Assembly: GCA_027001995.1 (NCBI GenBank)
Contig: JALTLO010000031.1
Span: 1-25,071 of the forward strand
Direction: 5' to 3'
Source: Planctomycetota bacterium
GTDB lineage: Bacteria; Planctomycetota; GCA-002687715; DRQF01
Length of the DNA: 25,071 nucleotides
Shown here: in pieces, positions 19,301-25,071 of the stretch
Numbering within the stretch: the stretch's first letter is position 1
Layout: each line of letters begins with the position of its first letter
Translations under genes and position numbers: made by a program
Notes under the pieces: model-generated
Database searches by the model: none
The model's input: only the letters and a program-made list of their open reading frames with translations
What the model was told of the DNA's origin: nothing

Positions 19301-22300
19301 AGGAAGAAAAGAAAGCGGATGCTGACAATCCCTTCTTCTCGCGTTTTTGGGGTGGGGCGAACCTCGACGATTATGAGCAGTTTTTTGTCGACGTGCAAAA
19401 AGGTTTCTTGATCACCACTACGACTGCGAATGCTGTCGAAACGATCAAGGAGCAAACCCAGGTGCTTCTGGAAGAGTTGGCTCGTGTTCAAGGTGACAAA
19501 CCTGAAGACGAGAAACTCTTCACTTTGCGACGCTATCCAAGAATTCTTGCGCGCAGTCAGTTTATCCGTCGGTTGGCACAGGCCTTCGCCAAGACCGAGT
19601 TAGCCTCGGCCATGGACGAGGCTTTGTTGTCCACCTTCATCGTTGATGAAAGCATTCTCGAAGAGATCGTTGATGAGTACGTGAGGCGAGGCAACATGGT
19701 CGCCGCCCGGGCCACCATCGCCAAGTCGACGCGGTCCGGTGACGAACTGAGGCGAGCTCGTTTCAAAGTGGGCATCGACGTCGGTGAGAAGCTGCCAGCA
19801 ACGATTCCTGCGGCGGTTGCTCAGAGACAACTGTTGCCCTTGATCATGGACGGCCGAGAGAAGGAGGCCGTCGATATTCTTCATCGCATTGCTTTGCCTG
19901 CTCTGTCGAAGGACGATTTGAAGACGATGCCATTGTTGGGGCAGTTCGCTGTCTACCTGAGCGAACCCGATTCTGCCCTTATCTTTGCCCGTCGTCACAT
20001 AGATGCTTTGTTGAAATTTGCCAACTTCTGGGAGATCGAACAGGGGATCAAGAGTACGTTCACCTTGCATTGGGATCGATTCTCGAAGGAACACCAAAGA
20101 GCGCTTATTGGCCACATGGCTGATCGGGTCGCAAGCGACTTCAAGAAGAACTCGGCAGGTTTCAAAGTCTTGGCTAGCCTTGAAGAGTTCAAAACCGGCG
20201 ACATCCTGACGAAGAAGCAAATGGAGGAGGCCATTAAGAAGGTGGCCAAATCGAGTTATCAAAACATCCTGCCTCTGGCTTTAGGACGAAAAGGGCAAGA
20301 GAGGGTTGAGCTCCTGAAGATGATCTTCGCCGAGGTCCACCGAAACCATCGAGCCAACATGCTCCTTAACCTTATTGTGGCTCTGCCGGAAGTCCCGGAT
20401 GATGATCTCGTGTCCTTTATTCGTTCCAAGATCCCTGCCAGTGTGGGTAGCCTAGGGCGGCCCATGAGCATTTTTCAGTTCGATAGAATTCTTAATACTG
20501 CGCCGGATTATTCACTTCCTTTGCTCCTGGAGGTGTTCGAAGGGCTCGTTAAGGAAAATCCTGAGCATCTGCCCTATCTCGTATCGCGGGCGCAAGTTGG
20601 ATTCCGCGCTGGGAGCCCAGATGCTAATGCCCTTCTTGAACAAGCGTTCCGAAAGATCATCGCGAACGGCAAGGTGGACGACTGGATTACCTCACGTTGC
20701 CTGGAGAAACTGATCGAAAAGCTCCCAAGAGAAAAGAGCCAAGCGGTCATTGCCATCCTCGTGAAGACACGAAAGAAGAACCAAACGGCACCAGCAATGT
20801 CTTATGCCGTCGAGATCGCGATGCTGCGAGAAATGCAAGACTTGGGTGGGGCCATCGAGGTGGCTCAGGAGGCGAATCTCAAGCATCCGAAGGTGCCTTT
20901 CTTTCGCAGAGAGGTCTATCGGCTTCTCGCTTCCACCGGTCGGGTTTGGGAATCCCTGGACGCTCTTGCGGCGGAGCTCAAGGAAAGCTCAGTGAGTAAG
21001 TGGCGACGGAGTCAGGCTTATAGGGCGTGGATAAAGCAGAAGAATCCCCTGCGGGCGGCGGAGTACGCCGACGAAAACATGGGAGGATCTGGGGGCAAGG
21101 AAGCGCCTGGGAAACTCTTGCCTCCTAAAGTGGCATTGGTTCGAGGCGAACTTGAGAAGAAGGACGAAGAGAAAGCGGCGCGGGAGTTTCGCCGCGTATG
21201 GCGTCATTTCGACAACGAACGCAGTTTCTTTGTTTGGCGCCCAATTCAGTTGGAATGGGAAAAGTCTGAGGGGGAATCGGTGGGTGGTCTTGAGTCTGTG
21301 CTGAGAGCTGAGAATAAGAAAACGTCGGTGAGCGCTTACTCTGCCATCACCGATTTTTCTTTCGGAGAATCGGAGCTCCGTCGACAGCTTCGCAGCATGG
21401 AAGCCAACAGTCTTAAGTGGGCCGGCGACATTCAGGAGGGTTTGGCGAAAGCAATTGTCAAGCGCTTGGGTGTGCCTGGCGCTATTGACAGTTTGCGTCA
21501 AGAGATTCACGAAGGTCAAGCAGATGCCAATACTTATGCCGTTCTCTTGAAGGTTCTCGAAGAGAACACTGATGTTCGTGTAGCTGGAGCAAACGAAATG
21601 CTTCGGGATTTCGCCAAGACTCTTTCGCCTCTGGATGATACGAAGACGAGGAACTTGGCCAGGGTGCTGGACGCTGTGAAAGAAGTGGAGGCCTCAGCTC
21701 GACTCTATCGTTGGGTGATGTTGCGTATTGGTACCGTGACGAATTTGTATTTCAGTGAGACGCCGGACTTGGATTCTCTTTTAGACGAAGTGGTATCTCG
21801 TTTCGACGAATCGGTGACAAAGCGGTTCTTGTCTACAGCTCTCGCTGCCGAAAGAGGCCGCGCCCTGCCTTACGGCAAAGCGGTCGCGGCAAACAAAGTG
21901 TTAGATCTTTGGGGGAAGTTGGGGGATCCAAAGGATGCTTTGGCTTCGAATCGAACTCTCTGCGAGAAGCTCGCAGGGAAATTCGATGAGGATGTTTCTG
22001 CTTCATCATACCTGGCAGCAGCGAAACTTTGGTTGGGCGCAGAAGAACTTGAAAAAGCACTTGCTTGTGTGAGGAATTCTCTTTGTCGTAGCAACAAAGT
22101 TGGGGCTGGAGTTCGCTGGGGGCTTCGCAGGTACCTAGATGTTTTTCCTGTGCCGGCTGCTAAGGAGTCCTTCGAGTCCCAATGGGTGTTGGCGGCCAGC
22201 AAAAGCATCCAGGCTTGGCGAGATAGTGGTCAGATGCCCCCCAGAGAAGCGAACCGTCTTCTTACGATTCTGGCTGAGAGACTGGCCCGCGTTGGGTTCC

Positions 22301-22665
22301 ATCAGGAAGCAGACCTGATCCTGAGAGATGTAGAAGTAGAATTGCGGGTGTTTTCCGATGACCGTCTCTTGGTTGCCGACGTAGCTCGGGTGAATGGGGA
22401 TGAGGCTTTTGCTTTGAGGATCGAATCTGATTTGCTTAAGGAACGCCGATTGAACCTAAGCCGGATTCCTCGCGCCCTTGTCTTTGTGCGCGAATCCGAA
22501 GGGGCCAAAGCAGCCTGGGATTTAGGCCAGACTATCCTGAGTTATACATTGGACCCAAGCGTACTTCGGGAGCTCTTGCGCTGCTCCCAAGAACTTGGTT
22601 TGGAAGTTGAGGCTCAGGCCCTCCGGTCTAAGGCAAAGAAGGCCTGGCCTGAAGAACAACTCTGA
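16312..22665 (+). CDS. Giant exported TPR / alpha-solenoid protein (2,117 aa)
   Basis: Signal-peptide-like start MLTFTRAIWFLVLSLSVTLLVPCAAG. Numerous TPR-like units (AGVLSLAGLDDEAIRAYRKGLAANPNRIESYLLLANIM, YLNLGSAFLAEDDIQSAQRTFAQA). Starts 5 nt after the previous stop. No catalytic motif recognised. Confidence 0.88.
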   Translation: MLTFTRAIWFLVLSLSVTLLVPCAAGQIIRMRGITIAGGPSPANEAAESDEEAQGLEALDSEVAKKLEAALGDMSGALDDDLRRSACLVQGTVEPLIRRLEAIEKSKKSLEKYSLARVLVLKIRLLQPLGELEEALKAYEKLEGLAEGKDNPRLNLEIARLLDAKGNLSDALVRYARALQLGIEPNLESFIRLRIALIQGDQKVNSIAKGLPAGLSTAGIPQPSVLDGLVEFALGSDQDTKNRCAVVLAARGHYFEATSLFVPQGEGRKLCRDMIRLGEWFAAAGQYETAEQTIWDATRQATSKRDRRYALSVLVEVARKGKATTRLLDRFRSAKGLDPESREVWIDLLRSESQFDEALDLFKSTRGDSMSVGERRQLLDLCRDAGRDGELVATYKRLVKDEPKRLEWREGLTRFFIERGRNEEIPPVWQSYVKACEDGNDLIQAAEVMMALGLDEMAEDTARRAHETTPAFAMFFLHKLFANRGRLREAEAVLDDLEKTLPPASRKRVFLAEAWEAMRQRQKAADTYAKFRSARGTGKSGEDVDMRLAWLYSEIDRDDLALELWRELWETVKSIPRQRYVADRYLSVAARSGTLADIALELEKRLIAREATQKDTSLLVSLYTKANDAVSAAEVIAEAAGENRDSPKKLEEMARVYLSCADYANYERTIRKLIKVDPEGESDYLRQLAMSALERARPLEAKKILEKLITKKGGAESAEFEAGVLSLAGLDDEAIRAYRKGLAANPNRIESYLLLANIMAKGKQKDRAVGMFQHLIETAQKDDLFTVAIDGLLNMGADRPTLSWARRMTLERIAHRHDKTYLYQLVSDLSEEIGDKEMMRRAMEGTLANAGARRASVLRELMELVGGGKGKEKRLDYGRRLMRLGDLVPPDVYLNLGSAFLAEDDIQSAQRTFAQAVDVPDYASFQRKVAKSFAVAGYKAAALKVFQRVLIGQPGDVGLLKKVALLQEEVGRDDVAADIYLRALKLMLLRRPLQTAKEEKKADADNPFFSRFWGGANLDDYEQFFVDVQKGFLITTTTANAVETIKEQTQVLLEELARVQGDKPEDEKLFTLRRYPRILARSQFIRRLAQAFAKTELASAMDEALLSTFIVDESILEEIVDEYVRRGNMVAARATIAKSTRSGDELRRARFKVGIDVGEKLPATIPAAVAQRQLLPLIMDGREKEAVDILHRIALPALSKDDLKTMPLLGQFAVYLSEPDSALIFARRHIDALLKFANFWEIEQGIKSTFTLHWDRFSKEHQRALIGHMADRVASDFKKNSAGFKVLASLEEFKTGDILTKKQMEEAIKKVAKSSYQNILPLALGRKGQERVELLKMIFAEVHRNHRANMLLNLIVALPEVPDDDLVSFIRSKIPASVGSLGRPMSIFQFDRILNTAPDYSLPLLLEVFEGLVKENPEHLPYLVSRAQVGFRAGSPDANALLEQAFRKIIANGKVDDWITSRCLEKLIEKLPREKSQAVIAILVKTRKKNQTAPAMSYAVEIAMLREMQDLGGAIEVAQEANLKHPKVPFFRREVYRLLASTGRVWESLDALAAELKESSVSKWRRSQAYRAWIKQKNPLRAAEYADENMGGSGGKEAPGKLLPPKVALVRGELEKKDEEKAAREFRRVWRHFDNERSFFVWRPIQLEWEKSEGESVGGLESVLRAENKKTSVSAYSAITDFSFGESELRRQLRSMEANSLKWAGDIQEGLAKAIVKRLGVPGAIDSLRQEIHEGQADANTYAVLLKVLEENTDVRVAGANEMLRDFAKTLSPLDDTKTRNLARVLDAVKEVEASARLYRWVMLRIGTVTNLYFSETPDLDSLLDEVVSRFDESVTKRFLSTALAAERGRALPYGKAVAANKVLDLWGKLGDPKDALASNRTLCEKLAGKFDEDVSASSYLAAAKLWLGAEELEKALACVRNSLCRSNKVGAGVRWGLRRYLDVFPVPAAKESFESQWVLAASKSIQAWRDSGQMPPREANRLLTILAERLARVGFHQEADLILRDVEVELRVFSDDRLLVADVARVNGDEAFALRIESDLLKERRLNLSRIPRALVFVRESEGAKAAWDLGQTILSYTLDPSVLRELLRCSQELGLEVEAQALRSKAKKAWPEEQL

Positions 22666-22721
22666 TCCTCAATGTTTCGAAAGAGCGCTCCCTGGTCTAC
22701 TCGACTTAAGAAACTGAAATC

Positions 22722-22763
22722 GGAGCAGTAGCTCCAACTCCCCAATTCAGATTGTAATCTGAA
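22722..22763. repeat. Two adjacent short inverted repeats downstream of the operon
   Basis: GGAGC-AGTA-GCTCC (22722-22735) and TTCAGATT-GT-AATCTGAA (22746-22763). No U-tract, so not a canonical intrinsic terminator. Confidence 0.45.
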
Positions 22764-22822
22764 GAGAATCTGGTCGACCTGCCGTCAACATCTTGTTCAG
22801 GGTATTGCACGCTAAGATTGCC

Positions 22823-22948
22823 TCATGAGCTAACCATCTTCTTGAGGTCATTGATTAACTGTAAGCGGCGTTTGAAAGTCGGATGATTCTGGCTGCAAGC
22901 GTGCGAAACCGCCAGTTTCTTAGATCCACCCTCCGAAGAGCTCTGCAT
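22823..22948 (-). CDS. Possible 41-aa small protein
   Basis: AAAGGAG-AATC-ATG followed by MQSSSEGGSKKLAVSHACSQNHPTFKRRLQLINDLKKMVSS*. The only support is the strong Shine-Dalgarno sequence and intergenic position. Confidence 0.2.
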   Translation of the reverse strand: MQSSSEGGSKKLAVSHACSQNHPTFKRRLQLINDLKKMVSS

Positions 22949-23169
22949 GATTCTCCTTTGATCTCTTTTAGGCCTTCTCGGGCCATGAGGTCTAGGGAAT
23001 ACCGACGCAAGTGCCGGAGCTGTCCAGAAAGATTGACGACAGAGAGACAGCCGAAAGTAGCGCCGTAGAGTTAGACAGTGGTCTTAGGGAGCCAATGACG
23101 CCAAGAAGAGCTCGTTGGGTTGGATGCACAGCTGTCTTCTTGCATCTTAGGGTTTTTAAGTTGTACAAC

Positions 23170-24657
23170 TCAACGCGCCAAGATGTAGAAATCTGCTTCT
23201 GATTCGTGATGAAGAACGAACCCAGGGTTCCTTGCTTCAAAACCAGCGCGGTCAAACTGTCCTCGATCATCTCTGTGAATTGTCAAAATGAAACGGTTGA
23301 TGCTTGGGAATTCACCACCCTTGAATTTTCCGATCAAGTCGTCAATCAGTTCAGGTGATGGTCCTGCATCGTAGACGAAACTATCTAAGTAGAAATATAG
23401 ACCGCCAGTCCAGCGAGAAGAGACAATAAAATCGCTTTCAGAAAACAGCCTGTTGATTGCGACGGATTTCTTAATTATTTCCACAGAAGAGTCGGCTTGC
23501 AATCTGCTCTTCATAGGGACGTACAATCCCCACAAAAGTAAAGAAAGCACGGCAATTTTGGAAACGATACGCCAGATTGAATTCCAATGACCGCGTAAGA
23601 GAGTGACAAGGACCGCAGTTTGAACCAACATGATGCCCGGATGAGCCAAATAGCTCCATCCTTCATGATCCCATGACCGGGCAGGAAACATGAGAATCCA
23701 AACGAGATAAATTGGCACCCAACACGAAGCGGTTTGCTTTAGGAATTGTCGTTCGTCATTCATTGCTCTTCTAAAGAAGATGGGGGCGATGAGCAATAGG
23801 ACAGAAAATCCGCCCCACATTCGGCCAAGGAAACGAACCTGATGGCCGAGAAACTCAAGAGTGCTTCCCGGTACCTCCGATGCTCCAGTTGCCGAAGAAG
23901 CGAGAAGCATTATTTCGATCGCCCGAGCAAGGCCCCCTTCCCAATGAGCAACAATGGCCAAGTGGATGACAGCATAAAGGATGGACCCCAAGAGCGATGC
24001 AATAAGGATTTTCTTATCGAAACGCCCACTACAGATCATTTTCCCAAGTATGCCGGCTGCAATGAGTCCGCCGGACCATTCATGTCCCATTCCAAGAAAA
24101 GAAAACAAGAAGACCAAGAAAAGCCGCGTTCTGCCCTGACAAAATTGCTCTGTAACAATAGCTCCCAAGATGAAAGCGGTTACGACGGAATCGTAATTTG
24201 CTGCGCTACCATAATACTGCAACCCGTCGCTCATGAGTTGGAGAAACAGCATCACCAAAGCTCCAACTTGCCCCCACCGATAGAAAGCAAGTAGGACTAG
24301 AATCCCGAAAGTAACTGCAGCACCAATCAGTGGATATAATCGAAGAGCGAATTCGCTGAGACCTAATCGCCAAACCGAAAATCGCTCCATGTAGTGGAAT
24401 AATAAGGGATGATGACAATAGGACACTCCAGTAATCGGGTCGGTTGGAATCGGCCAAACTGTAGGTCTTCCCTCGAATTCGAAGAAGCCCTCTTGCTCCC
24501 AGACTTCTTGAATCGAACCCTGAAATCGTCCGCCAAACTCACCGGCGCGACCTCCGTCAAATGGACTGTTCGCAAAAGGTACATGTCGGGCGATCGAGCA
24601 GAAGACTGCGAATACGAGCCAAGCCAATAGCTTCTTTCTTGGATGCAGATCTTCCAA
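23170..24657 (-). CDS. GT-C fold polytopic membrane glycosyltransferase (ArnT/PMT_2-like)
   Basis: 495 aa with about 11-12 hydrophobic segments and the YCHHPLLFHY...LGLSEFALRLYP motif typical of ArnT/PMT_2 proteins, plus a soluble C-terminal domain. TTG start preceded by GAGGA. Confidence 0.8.
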   Translation of the reverse strand: MEDLHPRKKLLAWLVFAVFCSIARHVPFANSPFDGGRAGEFGGRFQGSIQEVWEQEGFFEFEGRPTVWPIPTDPITGVSYCHHPLLFHYMERFSVWRLGLSEFALRLYPLIGAAVTFGILVLLAFYRWGQVGALVMLFLQLMSDGLQYYGSAANYDSVVTAFILGAIVTEQFCQGRTRLFLVFLFSFLGMGHEWSGGLIAAGILGKMICSGRFDKKILIASLLGSILYAVIHLAIVAHWEGGLARAIEIMLLASSATGASEVPGSTLEFLGHQVRFLGRMWGGFSVLLLIAPIFFRRAMNDERQFLKQTASCWVPIYLVWILMFPARSWDHEGWSYLAHPGIMLVQTAVLVTLLRGHWNSIWRIVSKIAVLSLLLWGLYVPMKSRLQADSSVEIIKKSVAINRLFSESDFIVSSRWTGGLYFYLDSFVYDAGPSPELIDDLIGKFKGGEFPSINRFILTIHRDDRGQFDRAGFEARNPGFVLHHESEADFYILAR

Positions 24658-24764
24658 CGACTTTCCTCTACGACACAGGGACTAACCTAACCGACCGATT
24701 GGAATCGCAATTTGCTCTCGTCCAGGGGCCGTCAAGATACAACGTAACTCACTCACGCCTATGA

Positions 24765-24953
24765 TGGAAGCCTATCGGTTGCTCAACAGGGAGAAGCGCA
24801 AATTTACGCTCGATCCGGAGGCTTCAAGTTTTGGGCCACCGCGATGCTTGTGCCATCTGGGATCGTTGCAGAACACTTCGATGTTCTGAAATACTTCGGT
24901 CCGAATCAGGTGGTGAGTCTTGTAAATTCTCTTTCTGATTTTCACCTTTTTCA
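24765..24953 (-). pseudogene. 3' remnant of an IS3-family transposase
   Basis: LKKVKIRKRIYKTHHLIRTEVFQNIEVFCNDPRWHKHRGG matches the IS3-family C-terminal pattern LKKE.I...IY.TR..AR..IFDYIEVFYN..RRHS.LG..SP, with conserved residues eroded (E>V, YN>CN). A possible degenerate terminal repeat begins TGGAAG at 24765 (weak). Confidence 0.7.
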
Positions 24954-25071
24954 GGCTCTTCACGGATTTTAGTGGCTCTGCCCTTCAGGGATCAAGTCCA
25001 GGCCGCCGCAGAAGAACAGGATTCTCGCCCGATAGTTGGCAAAGTTTCGAAAGCCCCGAGCTGATGATTCC
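24954..25071 (-). mobile_element. Right end of an ISL3-family insertion sequence (truncated by the window edge)
   Basis: Terminus GGCTCTTCACGGATTTTAGTGG at 24954 is a typical ISL3 GGCTCTTC end and overlaps the transposase stop. It abuts AT-rich CTTTTTCA (24946-24953), the candidate 8-bp target duplication. Confidence 0.85.
24969..25071 (-). CDS. ISL3-family transposase, C-terminal 33 aa (partial)
   Basis: ESSARGFRNFANYRARILFFCGGLDLIPEGQSH* matches the characteristic ISL3 ending ARGFRNF.NYR.RILF.CG.LDL.P...H. Too short for the ORF track. Confidence 0.88.
   Translation of the reverse strand, partial: ESSARGFRNFANYRARILFFCGGLDLIPEGQSH

Noticed and set aside
18406..20262. Antisense ORFs of 248 and 220 aa inside the giant TPR gene (likewise others of 150-233 aa elsewhere)
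   Set aside because: Fully nested opposite well-supported genes and lacking motifs.
22722..22795. tRNA-like look (GGAGCAG-TA-GCTC start, TGTAA-containing hairpin)
   Set aside because: No 3' D-stem, no 7-nt anticodon loop, no TTCGA T-arm and no acceptor-stem pairing.
24772..24963. 63-aa ORF as an independent gene
   Set aside because: Its start lies inside the ISL3 terminal repeat and the rest is IS3 remnant; a junction artefact.
1..25071. CRISPR arrays, rRNA/tRNA genes, phage genes, reverse transcriptase
   Set aside because: No regularly spaced repeats or diagnostic motifs were seen; non-coding gaps are short (about 340, 270, 500 and 110 bp).

Overview
Bacterial DNA, probably from a planctomycete (inferred from the gene families; not verified). 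Both edges of the window lie in insertion-sequence debris: a decayed integrase-core transposase at 1-385, and at the right end an ISL3 element inserted into a decayed IS3-family transposase. The interior has three blocks. (1) A coupled gene pair: a ~1,660-aa cytoplasmic TPR/alpha-solenoid protein and a 169-aa protein resembling a J-domain without HPD. (2) A tightly coupled 16.2-kb, 7-gene MoxR operon: an exported protein with two apparently inactive retropepsin-like domains + TPR + CGPC thioredoxin/Omp28-like domain; a 3-TM protein with a long charge-blocked disordered tail; MoxR AAA+ ATPase; DUF58; BatA-type membrane protein; double-vWA/GATase-like membrane protein; and a 2,117-aa exported TPR protein. 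(3) A convergent, more AT-rich GT-C (ArnT/PMT-like) glycosyltransferase. The best candidate for an undescribed system is the MoxR operon, which reads like an ATP-driven trans-envelope protein folding, redox or quality-control machine. All family calls come from motif recognition by eye; no searches were run.
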